This document shows positions 23,599 through 34,003 of a DNA stretch of 64,000 bases, piece by piece. The position numbers were made by a program, and so were the translations under genes. The stretch comes from an uncultured Spirochaetota bacterium. Lineage in GTDB: Bacteria > Spirochaetota > Spirochaetia > SZUA-6 > Fen-1364. The stretch is taken from assembly GCA_963745235.1 (NCBI GenBank), contig CAVUXE010000052.1:192001-256000 (forward strand). The letters run 5' to 3'. Under the pieces are notes generated by a model. The model saw only the letters and a list, made by a program, of their open reading frames with translations. It had not been told where the DNA came from and did no database searches. Position 1 is the stretch's first letter. Each line of letters opens with the position of its first letter.

Positions 23599-25020
23599 TC
23601 AGGCCCCCCTGCTCTCGCGAGTGTCAGCGGCTGCCAGCGGGCTTCTCACTCGCCCGCCTTCGGCGTCCCTGCCTATGGGCGAGCTTCCGCCATCCCTGGC
23701 TCGCCCGCCTTCGGCGTCCCTGCCTATAGGCGAGCTTCCGCCATCCCTGGCTCGCCCGCCTTCGGCATCCTTGCCTATAGGCGAGCTTCCGCCATCCGTC
23801 GTGGAAGGCCGCTGCACGGCCGCCCCCGCCGTCCCGGCCCTGCCGCGCGCAAATCTCTTCTCCAGCGCTTCCCGGTCGACGCGAAAGCCCTCCATGTTCA
23901 TCAGCAGACGCACTACGCCTGCTTCCTGGATGTCCTGGGGCACGCCCTGCCCGTCACAAAGGTACGCTATTGGCTTTCGATGCCTCGAGAGGCACGAAAC
24001 AATGTTGCCAATCCTCATGGTCTCGTCCAGCTTCGTGAGCACCACGGCGCGGTAGCCGAAAGGCTCGAACTGCCGCAGGATTTCCTCCGTGTCGCTCGCC
24101 TTGGTTGTCGCGGACAGCGCAAGGTAGACACACGCCTGGCTCCCGCATGCTGCCAGAATTTCCTTCATCTCGGCGAGTTTTGCAAGGTCGCGCGGGCTGC
24201 GGCCGATGGTATCTATCAGGATGAGCTCCGCATCCTGGTTGAAGGCAAGGCAGTTCTGCAGGTCCGAAGCGCTCTCCACCAGGCTCACCGGGATTCGCAT
24301 GATCTCCGCGTAGGTTTCTATCTGCTGCTTTGCGGCTATGCGGTAGTTGTCGATGGTGATTATCCGGACCTTGCGGGGGGGCTGCCGACCATCCCCGATC
24401 CCGTGGATGGCAGCGAGCTTCGCGATGGTTGTCGTCTTGCCGACCCCCGTGGGACCGACGATGATGAGGATCCGCGTTCCCTTTCCCGCGACGCCAAGAG
24501 GTTGATCTATCTCGATCCGCTCACCGATCCATCCCACCACGGCAGCCATGAGCTGAGGATAGTTCTCCAGGGCCTCGAGGGAAAACTCCTTCTTTGCGCG
24601 CTCCCGGATGGCGGCAATGAACTCTTCCGAAAAGTCGTTTGCCGCGAGAAGGTCCTCCATCTTCGCCAGGGAGGGATGGAGGTCGGAGCCCGTGGCATCG
24701 GTCCCCGTGGTGGCCACGGCGTGGGCATCCAGGGATACACGCAGGCTCTGGATTTCCTTGAGGAGGACCTGGAGGCCTTGCTCCTTCCTGACGGTCTCGA
24801 GGATACGCTTCTTCTCTTCCTCCACTTCCGCCTTCCTTTTCCTGGCCCCGTCGTCAGACAGGTAGCCGGTCACCTCGACTCCTTCGCGGACGAACATTCC
24901 CAGGAAGCCGCCCATGCGGACGCTCCTGTGGGTGAGGATTCGCGCGTCCTCCCCGTACGTGAGCTTCATTTTTTCAATCGCTTCCCTGTTGCTTCGCGCC
25001 TGGATCGTGAAGTATTGCAT
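23599..25020 (-). CDS. flhF: FlhF SRP-type GTPase with a repeat-derived C-terminal extension
   Basis: [29 protein letters not shown]. Confidence 0.93.
   Translation of the reverse strand: MQYFTIQARSNREAIEKMKLTYGEDARILTHRSVRMGGFLGMFVREGVEVTGYLSDDGARKRKAEVEEEKKRILETVRKEQGLQVLLKEIQSLRVSLDAHAVATTGTDATGSDLHPSLAKMEDLLAANDFSEEFIAAIRERAKKEFSLEALENYPQLMAAVVGWIGERIEIDQPLGVAGKGTRILIIVGPTGVGKTTTIAKLAAIHGIGDGRQPPRKVRIITIDNYRIAAKQQIETYAEIMRIPVSLVESASDLQNCLAFNQDAELILIDTIGRSPRDLAKLAEMKEILAACGSQACVYLALSATTKASDTEEILRQFEPFGYRAVVLTKLDETMRIGNIVSCLSRHRKPIAYLCDGQGVPQDIQEAGVVRLLMNMEGFRVDREALEKRFARGRAGTAGAAVQRPSTTDGGSSPIGKDAEGGRARDGGSSPIGRDAEGGRARDGGSSPIGRDAEGGRVRSPLAAADTRESRGA
23649..23797. repeat. Tandem 51-bp palindromic repeat, about 3 copies, in the flhF 3' end
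   Basis: Copies start at 23649, 23700 and 23751; encodes DGGSSPIGRDAEGGRAR. Confidence 0.95.
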
Positions 25021-25035
25021 TCCCCTCCCCCTAAG

Positions 25036-27121
25036 CTACCCTTCCAACCGAATCTCTCCAAGCGCCTCCACGGCGATATCCGGGGCGACCTCGAGGCTCG
25101 AGATGACAGCCAGGTGCGGCATCTCGCGCATCGTGCTGGATTTCACCAGCGGCCGGGCCGCCTCCGAGCACAGCACCACCTCATGGTAACCGCCCTCCTG
25201 GACGCTCTTGACCGCGTTTGCGAGAGCAGTGATCCACTTTCTGTGCGTTGCGGGATCCAGACCCGCGGCAATGCCTCTGTTTGTTTCCACGCGGGAGTCG
25301 ATGATCTTCTTCTCCAGGGACGGCTCTATGGTGAGGACCCGGAGCGTCTTCTTGTCGTCCGCGTACTGGAGGCAGATCTGCCTTCCCAGGGCCTGGCGGA
25401 CCTTCTCGATCAGGAAGCCCACATCCTTCGTGACTGAGCCGTAGTCCGCAAGGGTCTCCAGGATGATCACCATGTTTCGCACCGAGACCCTCTCCGTGAG
25501 CAGGCCCTGGAGCACCTTCTGGATCTCCCCGACGGACAGGACCTTCTTCACCTCTTCCACCACGGCCGGGTAGTCCGTCTTGAGGGCGTCCAGGATGGAC
25601 TGGACTTCCTGCCGACCGAGGATGTCCGCGGCGTACCTCTTGATGATCTCCGTGAGGTGCGTCGCGATGATGGAAGGGGGATCCACCACGGTGTAGCCCA
25701 GCCTCTCCGCCTTCTCCCTGTCCTCCTCCGCAATCCACACCGCCGGAAGCCCGAACGCGGGGTCCTTCGTCGACTCTCCCTGCACCTGCTCCGTCAAGCG
25801 CCCGGGCTGGATGGCCAGGTAGTACCCCATCTTGATCTTGCCTCGTCCGACCTCGACGCCCCGGATCTTGAATGAATACTCGGAGGGCTCCAGGCGCATA
25901 TTGTCAATGATCCGTATGCGCGGCACGACGAGTCCCAGCTCCAGGGCAGATTCACGTCGGATGCGGGTGATGCGGTCCAGCAGCTCCGCCCCTTGCTCCT
26001 TGTCGACAAGCGGGATGAGCCCGTAGCCGATCTCCAGGGAAAGAGGGTCAAGGGGAACGACGGGGGAGATTTCCGCCGGGGCTGCTTTCTCCCTGTCGGC
26101 AACCTCCTTGGTCCTTGTCTTTTCTTCCTCCGCGATCTGCTTCCTGGTGAGGCTGAACCCGAGCACCCCTATGAGGATGGCCATGGGGATCAGGACGTAC
26201 CAGGGGAAACCCGGCAGGAACGACAGGAGCACCAGGAATGCCGCGGCAATGAGGTACGGCCGGGACTGGGCGGAGAACTGCTTCGTGATGTCCTTGCCGA
26301 AGGAGGAATCGGAGATCGCCCGCGTGACAATGATGCCCGGTTGCCGTGGAGATCAGGAGCGCGGGCAGCTGGGTGACCAGGCCGTCTCCGATGGAGAGGG
26401 AGATGTACGTGTTCAAAGCGACATCCAGGGGCTCCCCGTGCAGCGTCATACCGACAATGAGGCCGCCAACGATCTGCACAACCGTGATGAGGATTCCCAC
26501 CTTCACGTTCCCGGAGATGAACTTGGAGGCGCCATCCATTGACCCGTAGAAGTCGGCTTCCCTCTGCAGGTTGTTCTTCCGGCGAGTGGCATCCTCCTCC
26601 GTGATGAGCCCCGAGTTGTACTCCGCCTCTATTGCCATCTGCTTTCCGGGCAGAGCATCCAGGGTGAAGCGGGCGGCCACCTCGGCCACGCGCGTGGCGC
26701 CTTTCGTGATCACGATAAACTGGACGGCGATGATGATGATGAAGATGATGAGCCCGATCACGTACCCCTCGACACCCCGGGTTCCAACAACGAAGGTGGC
26801 GAAGGCGCGGATGATGTGACCGTTGAACTGGCTTCCCTTGGAAAGGATGAGCCGCGTCGAGGAGACGTTCAAGGCAAGCCCGAAAACCGTCGCAATCAGG
26901 AGCAAGGTCGGGAAAACGGAGAACTCCAGCGCGTGCCGGGTATACAGCACGGTGAGGATGATGAGGAGTGACAGCACGAGGTTCGCCGCGAGAAGAACGT
27001 CCAGAAGGACGGCCGGGAGAGGGATCAGCATCATCATGATCACGACGACGACGCCGATGGCAACCAGGACATCGCTTCTCTGCTGCCAGAGATTTCCGAC
27101 TACAGCGCGCGCATCAGCCAT
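25036..27121 (-). CDS. flhA: FlhA, frameshifted near 26338
   Basis: RVAEVAARFTLDALPGKQM, FYGSMDGASKF in the 5' ORF; LSLEIGYGLIP, DPAFGLPA in the 3' ORF. Confidence 0.93.
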
Positions 27122-27142
27122 GGCACGTTCCTCTCATCCCAA

Positions 27143-28345
27143 TCATATCGCGGCCTCGCCGGACCCAACGCCCTCGGCCGCAAACTGTGCCGCTGACTTG
27201 TTGTTCAGGCGGTAGACTTCCGCGAGGATCGTCGACATGACCTCATAGAACTTCTCCGGGATCACGTCCCCTATCTCGACCTCCCTGTACAGGGCCTGGG
27301 CGAGCGGCTTGTTCTCCATGATGGGAACGTTGTTCTCCGTTGCGATCTCCCGGATCCGCTGCGCAATCATGTCGGCTCCCTTGGCCACCACGGTAGGAGC
27401 CGGCATGAGCGCGCGGTTGTATTCAAGAGCGACAGCGTAGTGCGTCGGGTTCGTGATGACCACGTCCGCCTTCGGAACCGCCCGCAGCATATTGCGGCGC
27501 ATGATCTCGCGCATGCGCTCGCGCAGCCTGCTTCGCGTGAGCGGGTCCCCCTCGTACATCTTCCGCTCCTCCTTGACCTCCTGGCGTGACATCTTGAGGG
27601 ACTCGATGTGCTGCCGGCGCTGAAACCAGTAGTCGAACGCGGAGAAAGCGAGCAGCGCGACCGCGGCTTCCAGCAGGATGCGAAACGCGATCTGGGCGAT
27701 CGCGGAGACCCCGGAGAAGAAGGGGGACATGGCCAGGCGCGTCAGGCGCGGGATCCCGGACCTGATGTTGAGATACGCGATGGTCGCGATCAGCGCGATC
27801 TTGATCACCGCCTTGGCGAGGTTGAACAGGGCTTCCGGGGAACCGAAGGACCGGGAAAACCACCTTCCGAACCTGGGCGTTATGCGGGTGAAATCCGGCG
27901 TGATGGGCTTCGCGGTGAACAGGAAGCCCACCTGGATCACGTTGGCCAGGATGGCGACAACGAACGCCACGGCGAGGATCGGGAGACCGATCTTGGCCGC
28001 CCAGCTGAGGAATGCGGTCAGGAGACCTCCATTAAAAGCGCCGGGAGAACCGGCGACGGACAGGAAGAACCTCAGCATCTCCGCGGAGGACCTCAGCATG
28101 TAGTCCCCCAGAAGCCCAAGAGTGGCGATGCCGGCCAGCAGAACAAGGGAAGAGCTGAACTCCGAGGACTTCGCGACTTTGCCCTCTTCCCGGGCCTTGC
28201 GGATCTTGTGCTCCGACGGCTCCTCTGTTCGGCCCTCGTCCTCTGCCGCGAACCACTGCAGGTGGACATCAAACGGCGTGGACAAGGGAAAAGACGGGAG
28301 GCGGAGAAGCAGGCCGGAAAAGTCCGCGGCGAAGGCTCCCCTCAT
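27143..28345 (-). CDS. flhB: FlhB
   Basis: RTEEPS, EGDP, NPTH autocleavage motif. Confidence 0.95.
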   Translation of the reverse strand: MRGAFAADFSGLLLRLPSFPLSTPFDVHLQWFAAEDEGRTEEPSEHKIRKAREEGKVAKSSEFSSSLVLLAGIATLGLLGDYMLRSSAEMLRFFLSVAGSPGAFNGGLLTAFLSWAAKIGLPILAVAFVVAILANVIQVGFLFTAKPITPDFTRITPRFGRWFSRSFGSPEALFNLAKAVIKIALIATIAYLNIRSGIPRLTRLAMSPFFSGVSAIAQIAFRILLEAAVALLAFSAFDYWFQRRQHIESLKMSRQEVKEERKMYEGDPLTRSRLRERMREIMRRNMLRAVPKADVVITNPTHYAVALEYNRALMPAPTVVAKGADMIAQRIREIATENNVPIMENKPLAQALYREVEIGDVIPEKFYEVMSTILAEVYRLNNKSAAQFAAEGVGSGEAAI

Positions 28346-29124
28346 TTCCCCACTCCCAGCACGAAGCCCTCGATGGTCTGGAAGCTTCCGTCGATGATTC
28401 TTTCGAATGTCGTCATCAGGAACGGAAGGGCGGCAAACAGAATGATGAAAGACACCCCGATGGACAGGGGAAATCCCATGGTCAGGACGTCCATCTGCGG
28501 GGCCGCCTTCGCGAGAAGGCCCATGGCAATGGAGACCAGAAGCAGCGTTCCCAGGATGGGGAAGGAAATCGTGAGAGCGCTCTGGAAAAGCCCACCGATC
28601 CCGCTCACCAGGAGAGAGATGATGGCATCCCGGTGCGTCACCAGGTCCACCGCGCGAAGGTGCTGGAAGGATCTGAGGACGCCGACCAAGAGGAACTTCC
28701 CGGTGCCCGAAATGGCAATGAAGACCAGCATCGCAATCAAGTTCAGGAACTCCCCCATGAGGGGGATTTCGACCTGGGACAACGGGTCGAAGACTTCCGC
28801 GGCGCTGAAGCCCATCTGGAGGGAAAAGAAGTGTCCGGCCAGCTGGAACGCGGAGAAAATGAGAAGGAGAAGAAACCCGATCAGCAGACCGATGGCCACC
28901 TCTCCCAGGACGAGAAAAAAGTAGTCCACGGGGTTTGCGGGGATGGCGTATCCATATTGTAGTACCCAGGGAAAGACAGTGGCCGCGGTGAAAAAGGAAA
29001 GGCCGATCTTCGCGATCTGCGGAATGGAAGACGATGAGAGAAGAGGGGCCACCTCCACCATGGCGATGACGCGGAAGAACACGAGGAGAAAAAGCCGTAT
29101 GTTGGTGACCAGCGCTTCTATCAT
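28342..29124 (-). CDS. fliR: FliR
   Basis: Multi-TM; QMGFS, KAAPQMDV; gene order. Confidence 0.92.
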   Translation of the reverse strand: MIEALVTNIRLFLLVFFRVIAMVEVAPLLSSSSIPQIAKIGLSFFTAATVFPWVLQYGYAIPANPVDYFFLVLGEVAIGLLIGFLLLLIFSAFQLAGHFFSLQMGFSAAEVFDPLSQVEIPLMGEFLNLIAMLVFIAISGTGKFLLVGVLRSFQHLRAVDLVTHRDAIISLLVSGIGGLFQSALTISFPILGTLLLVSIAMGLLAKAAPQMDVLTMGFPLSIGVSFIILFAALPFLMTTFERIIDGSFQTIEGFVLGVGK

Positions 29125-29128
29125 CGCT

Positions 29129-29392
29129 TTAAATGTTCGAAATCATTGAAAACAGCCTGTGCGTGTATCCCACCAGGGAGTCCAGCAGGAACCGTCCGAA
29201 CAGGATCAGCCCCAGGAGAATGGCGGCTATCTTGGGAACGAAACTGAGGGTCTGCTCCTGGATGGATGTCGTTGCCTGCAGGATGGCGACAATAAGGCCA
29301 ACGGCCATTCCAACCAGGAGGAGCGGGCCCGCCACAATGAGGGTTTCCAGGACTCCCTCCCGCACGATCGCAATCGCCGTTCCCATGGTCAT
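29129..29392 (-). CDS. fliQ: FliQ
   Basis: QATTSIQEQTLSFVPK. Confidence 0.95.
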   Translation of the reverse strand: MTMGTAIAIVREGVLETLIVAGPLLLVGMAVGLIVAILQATTSIQEQTLSFVPKIAAILLGLILFGRFLLDSLVGYTHRLFSMISNI

Positions 29393-30207
29393 TTGAAGCT
29401 CCTTACCAGCTGCATGGTGAGCAGACCCCAGCCGTCCACGAGCACGAAGAGAATCAGCTTGAACGGCATGGAGATCATCACCGGCGGCACCATGATCATT
29501 CCCATGGACATGAGGGTGGAAGCGACCACCATGTCGATGATGATGAACGGGATGAATAGAAGTATCCCGATCTTGAACGCCACGGTCATTTCGTGGATCA
29601 CGAAGGCCGGAATCAGCACGTAGGTCGGGACGTCCGCAAGCGTGCGCGGCTTCGGAAGGCCCCTCATGCTCATGAACAGGCGGATCTGCTCGGCGTCGTT
29701 TCCGATCTGCCGGTACATGAAGATCCGCAATGGCTTCTCGGCGTTGGAGTACATCTCCTGCAGGCCCATTTTCCCCTCACCAAAAGGCTTCAGGGAGGTC
29801 TCGTAGATCTGGCTGAAGGTGGGCCACATGATGAACAACGTGAGGAAGAGCGCCAGCCCCATCATCACCTGGTTGGGAGGGGCTGACTGCAGTGACAGGG
29901 CGCGCTTGATGAAATCGAAGACGATTGCGATGCGCAGAAAAGCCGTCATCAGGATGAGGATGGAGGGCGCAAGGGCCAGGACGGTGAGCAGCAGGAGGAG
30001 CTGCACGGAGAGAACAACCTCCTGGTTGCTGCGCGCCGTCCGCACGTTGAAGTCCACGAACGGCACGGGCAGGTTTGCCGCGCCGGCGGCGCCCGCGCGG
30101 GGAACGCCCGCGGCGGGAGCCGGCACCGCGGCCTGGGCAAACGCGCCGGGAGGGAGGAACGCTGCAAGAATCATCGCCAGCAGGACGGCGGCGAGGGTTT
30201 TCTTCAT
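29389..30207 (-). CDS. fliP: FliP
   Basis: LAPSILILMT, PPNQ, MGMIMVPP, FVLVDGW. Confidence 0.95.
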   Translation of the reverse strand: MKKTLAAVLLAMILAAFLPPGAFAQAAVPAPAAGVPRAGAAGAANLPVPFVDFNVRTARSNQEVVLSVQLLLLLTVLALAPSILILMTAFLRIAIVFDFIKRALSLQSAPPNQVMMGLALFLTLFIMWPTFSQIYETSLKPFGEGKMGLQEMYSNAEKPLRIFMYRQIGNDAEQIRLFMSMRGLPKPRTLADVPTYVLIPAFVIHEMTVAFKIGILLFIPFIIIDMVVASTLMSMGMIMVPPVMISMPFKLILFVLVDGWGLLTMQLVRSFK

Positions 30208-30881
30208 AACTTTTTCAGCTTGTCTCTCTGGCCGCGCAGGAATCCCACCCCGTCTCCCAGGGAGATGGGGCGAGCCGCCGGGCGGAATATCTCCGAAAGA
30301 AGCTCCTGGAAGCTCCGCCGTCCCGCGGGGCTTTCCTCAGCGGCCTTCAGCCTCACGGAGTCGAGGCTTTCCTTGTCCTTGATCTCCGAGATGAGCTCTA
30401 CACCGCCGTCGGAAGCGCCCACAAGGAACACGGAGGAGCCGACCTCCACGAGGTGCAGCGACTTGTTCCCTGCCAGGCTCCGGGAGCCCAGCACGCGAAT
30501 GAGGTCGTTCTCCGTGATCTTTCTGCCCGTGCTTCTGCGGAGAATCCAGAACAGCAGGTAGATGGCCCCGACCACCGCCGCGAGAATGATGAGCATTCTC
30601 ACGAAGTCCCAGGTGGAGACCCCCGGCGTGGAGATCTGGACCCCCGGCGTCGACTGGCCGGCCTGCGCACCCTGGCCCGCCCCCGGGGCATTTCTCCCCG
30701 GGACGGCCGTCCGTGAGCTTCCGTCTCCGCTGTCTGGAATGATGAGCTCAGACTCGTTGGGACTTGCCTGGGCTCCTGAAGCGCCCGCCGGAAAGGCTCC
30801 GGCCGGGGTGTCTTTGGCCTGTGCCGCCACGGGCATCGCAGCCAGGACGAGCGCCAAAGCGGCACCCGCCAGAAAACGCAT
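30204..30881 (-). CDS. fliO: FliO/FliZ family flagellar biogenesis protein
   Basis: TM segment followed by SLHLVEVG..FLVG; lies between fliY and fliP. Confidence 0.8.
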   Translation of the reverse strand: MRFLAGAALALVLAAMPVAAQAKDTPAGAFPAGASGAQASPNESELIIPDSGDGSSRTAVPGRNAPGAGQGAQAGQSTPGVQISTPGVSTWDFVRMLIILAAVVGAIYLLFWILRRSTGRKITENDLIRVLGSRSLAGNKSLHLVEVGSSVFLVGASDGGVELISEIKDKESLDSVRLKAAEESPAGRRSFQELLSEIFRPAARPISLGDGVGFLRGQRDKLKKL

Positions 30882-30973
30882 CAGTTCTTTCAGATTCCCC
30901 CTCCCAGTAAAAATCTGAAAACGCGTGATGCGCGCTCACGGCAACCACGCCGGGCGTGCAGGCCGAAAACGCG

Positions 30974-32104
30974 CTATGTCAGCTCGTTCATCCTGTCCAT
31001 CTGCGAAACGATCTCCGTTACGCGGACTCCGAAGTTTTCATCTATGACGACCACTTCCCCCTTCGCAATGAGCTTGTGGTTGACAAGGATATCGACGGGT
31101 TCTCCCGCCAGCTTGTCCAGCTCGATGATTGTGCCTTCGCCGATTCCGAGGATGTCCTTGATTCTCTTTCGCGTTCGCCCCAGCTCCACGGTCATCTCCA
31201 TGTAAACATCCATGAGAAGACCGATATTCCCCTGCTCGCCGCTGGCGGGGGCGCCTTGCAGGTTGGCAAACTGGATGGGCTGAACGTTCGGAGGAGCCAT
31301 CGCGGGTCCCTGGGCCGGGCCTCCGAATGCCTGGCCGAATGTCTGCTGGAACCCCGCGTCCGGTGCCGGCTGCGAGGACCGCGCCGCCCCGCGCGCCGCG
31401 GGCCGTCCCGCCGGCGCGGCTGCTCCGAAAGCGGCCGCCGGTTGCGCAGCCTCGCTGCCTCCCGCGAGGGACAGTATCTCGGATGCCAGAGACAGGGAGA
31501 AGATCTCCGTCAGGGTAGTGGCGGGGAAGCCCTCGATCGAAATGGGGTATTCCACCGTGACACACACGTCCCCCTGGGGAACCCGGGCCTGCTGCCTCCG
31601 TGTGCGCCGAAGGTCCGGCGGCGCGGTCTTCACGACCCTGCCAACCCGGTTCCCGATGGCCGTTGCGGCCGTCCCCGTGATCTGTGAAACAGCCTCCGCC
31701 ACCGCGGACAAGGAGGCCTCGTCCAGCTCACCGCCCTGCTGTCCCATCATCAGGCCGGCGATGGTGCCGGCTATGCTGGCAGGAACGATGTAGGAGTGCT
31801 CGCCCTGCAGGCCGTCCGTCAGGTCCACGCGGACGTCCACCACATCTTCCGGCTGCCCTCCCAGGATCTCCGAGACGGCCCGGACCTTCACGCTCGGGTC
31901 CCCGATTGTCACGGTCTTTCCGGTCAGGATGGAAAGATTCGACCCCTGGCTCTCCGTGATGCCCCGCAGCATTTCCTGGAGCGCATTCCTCTCCGCCTCC
32001 GACATGGGAGACGGGCCGCTGCCGGCGGAGGTGTCCATCTCTATGGTGTCTGTCCCCTGCAACAGGGCGTCTATCTCGTCCTGCGAGAGCGATCCGTCAC
32101 TCAT
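30974..32104 (-). CDS. fliY: Switch protein FliY/FliN (CheC-like + SpoA domains)
   Basis: LSQDEIDALL N-terminus; TVELGR, LDKLAGEPVDI, GEVVVIDENFGVR. Confidence 0.9.
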   Translation of the reverse strand: MSDGSLSQDEIDALLQGTDTIEMDTSAGSGPSPMSEAERNALQEMLRGITESQGSNLSILTGKTVTIGDPSVKVRAVSEILGGQPEDVVDVRVDLTDGLQGEHSYIVPASIAGTIAGLMMGQQGGELDEASLSAVAEAVSQITGTAATAIGNRVGRVVKTAPPDLRRTRRQQARVPQGDVCVTVEYPISIEGFPATTLTEIFSLSLASEILSLAGGSEAAQPAAAFGAAAPAGRPAARGAARSSQPAPDAGFQQTFGQAFGGPAQGPAMAPPNVQPIQFANLQGAPASGEQGNIGLLMDVYMEMTVELGRTRKRIKDILGIGEGTIIELDKLAGEPVDILVNHKLIAKGEVVVIDENFGVRVTEIVSQMDRMNELT

Positions 32105-33132
32105 GCTTCCTCTCCCTCGTCAGTGATGAGCTCCTCGAACTCCGCCTGCTCGATGTCCTCAAGCTTCTTCAGCACCTGCACGGCAATCTTGTTGCCTACG
32201 ACGCCCGGCCGGCAGAGAAACTTCCTGCGATCACCGATCTTCAGCATCATCGGGTCGCTCACGCGCACGTTCTGCAGCCTGATGATGTCCCCCAGGCGCA
32301 GGGCCAGCACGTCGCGCATGGTGATGTCAATGGAACCGACTTCCGCCACCAGCGTTATCTCGATGCCGGCCAGCCTGTCACGCAGCAGGCTGAGGTTCTC
32401 CGTCGTCGTCCCTCTCCTCATTGAGGAATAGACGTACTGGGCGGAGAGCTTCGGGATGATGGGCTCAATGGTGAGGTAGGGGATGCAGAAGTTCATCATC
32501 CCTTCCACTTCACCGACCTTCGTTTCCAGGGTCACCAGGACCACCATCTCGGACGGGGGCACGATCTGCGCGAACTGCGGATTCGTCTCGATCTGGCCAA
32601 GGCGCGGCCGCAGGTCGATCACGGTGGCCCAGGCTTCCCTCAGGTTCCCGAGGATCCGCACGATGATGCCTTCGATGACCGAGGCTTCGATATCCGTCAA
32701 CTCACGGGTGAACTTGGCCCCTTCCCCCTGTCCGCCGAACAGCCTGTCGATGATGGAGAAGGTCACCGCGGGGTCGATCTCCAGGATGGCAGAGCCCTTC
32801 AAGGGGTCCATGTTGATGACCGCGATGGTGGTCGGGTTGGGAATTGAGCGGATGAACTCTTCGTAGGTGAGCTGGTCAACGGACGCCACGTGGACATGCG
32901 CCAGGCTGCGCAGCTGGGACGACAGGGCGGTGGTTGTCTGGCGGGCGAAGGTTTCATGCATGATGGAGACGGTGCGGATCTGGTCCTTGGAGAACTTGTC
33001 TGGCCTCTTGAAGTCGTAGATCTTGATCTTGCGCTGGTCCGCGGGCGCGCTGATCTCCTCCGTGGCGACTTCACCGGATGAGATGGCGGTGAGAAGCTGG
33101 TCTATTTCGTCCTGGGAAAGGACTTCTGTCAT
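32101..33132 (-). CDS. fliM: FliM
   Basis: LSQDEIDQLL, YDFKRPDKFSKDQ, IETNPQF. Confidence 0.96.
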   Translation of the reverse strand: MTEVLSQDEIDQLLTAISSGEVATEEISAPADQRKIKIYDFKRPDKFSKDQIRTVSIMHETFARQTTTALSSQLRSLAHVHVASVDQLTYEEFIRSIPNPTTIAVINMDPLKGSAILEIDPAVTFSIIDRLFGGQGEGAKFTRELTDIEASVIEGIIVRILGNLREAWATVIDLRPRLGQIETNPQFAQIVPPSEMVVLVTLETKVGEVEGMMNFCIPYLTIEPIIPKLSAQYVYSSMRRGTTTENLSLLRDRLAGIEITLVAEVGSIDITMRDVLALRLGDIIRLQNVRVSDPMMLKIGDRRKFLCRPGVVGNKIAVQVLKKLEDIEQAEFEELITDEGEEA

Positions 33133-33133
33133 C

Positions 33134-33688
33134 CTACTTCACCACCGTGAACTCTCGGAACACCACGCTCTTGATCTTTCCGTTCATCATGATTGCGTTG
33201 ATGGCATCCCGCAGCTGCTCCTGAAGGTCGTCATAGTGCGCAGGGCTGAGCTCAGCCACTGTCTTCTGCGAAACAATCGTCAGGAGGAGGTTCTGGATCT
33301 CACGCTCCCGTTGGCCTATCTCCACGCTGATCTGCTTGTCCGCGGGGTCGTAGCCGAGGCTGACGCGCATGACGTACACCGCGGGTGTCTCGTCCGATGT
33401 CTGCCCCCGGATCTGGTCGATGTTGTCGTAGTATGCGAGCGGTGGCTGCTTGCTCTGGTAGGCGGGAGAAATGGCGGCGAGGTTCTGGGACGATGCGCCC
33501 TTCTTGATGGCGTTGAAGGTCACGACAGTGGTGGTGACAACAAGGATAATGACGCCCGCCCCGATTGCCGCCCACTTGAGGATGTTCAGTATCAGGCCGG
33601 AGAACAGCCCTCCCCTGCGGGGACCGCCGGCGTCTTCCGCGCCTGCGCCGACGTCTTCAAGATTCATGTCCTGCTGTTCGTCAGCCAT
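33134..33688 (-). CDS. fliL: FliL
   Basis: Single TM plus periplasmic domain; directly upstream of fliM. Confidence 0.85.
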   Translation of the reverse strand: MADEQQDMNLEDVGAGAEDAGGPRRGGLFSGLILNILKWAAIGAGVIILVVTTTVVTFNAIKKGASSQNLAAISPAYQSKQPPLAYYDNIDQIRGQTSDETPAVYVMRVSLGYDPADKQISVEIGQREREIQNLLLTIVSQKTVAELSPAHYDDLQEQLRDAINAIMMNGKIKSVVFREFTVVK

Positions 33689-33762
33689 CCCCTCCCCCCT
33701 TGCGTCATACTAACACGAATATACATTGGAGCGCAACACGGGGGCACGTGCCAACGTGTGCC

Positions 33763-33959
33763 TCAGTCTTCATTCTTGAACGCTCCGATCAACTTCCGGT
33801 ATTCAATGATGCGCAGAAAAACAGTCTGGTAGTCCTCGCGGACTACCAGCCTTTTCCCGACATCATGACGAGCGTCGTATCAGGGTTGCTTTCGATGTAC
33901 TCGATCTGGTGCGGATTGACGTAGTACGTCTTCCCGTCCAGCCTCGTGACCTCGATCAT
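33763..33959 (-). CDS. flbD: FlbD, frameshifted at an A-run near 33853; absent from the ORF track
   Basis: MIEVTRLDGKTYYVNPHQIEYIESNPDT... then, after a one-base shift, RLVVREDYQTVFLRIIEYRKLIG. Confidence 0.85.
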
Positions 33960-34003
33960 TCGATCCTCTCTATGGTGGCGAGAGGGTTTTCACTGCCTCT
34001 CCT

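Noticed and set aside
22837-25437. 866-aa plus-strand ORF, and similar long antisense ORFs such as 40138-41916 and 38010-39620
   Set aside because: Stop-poor shadow frames of GC-rich genes with no recognisable motifs
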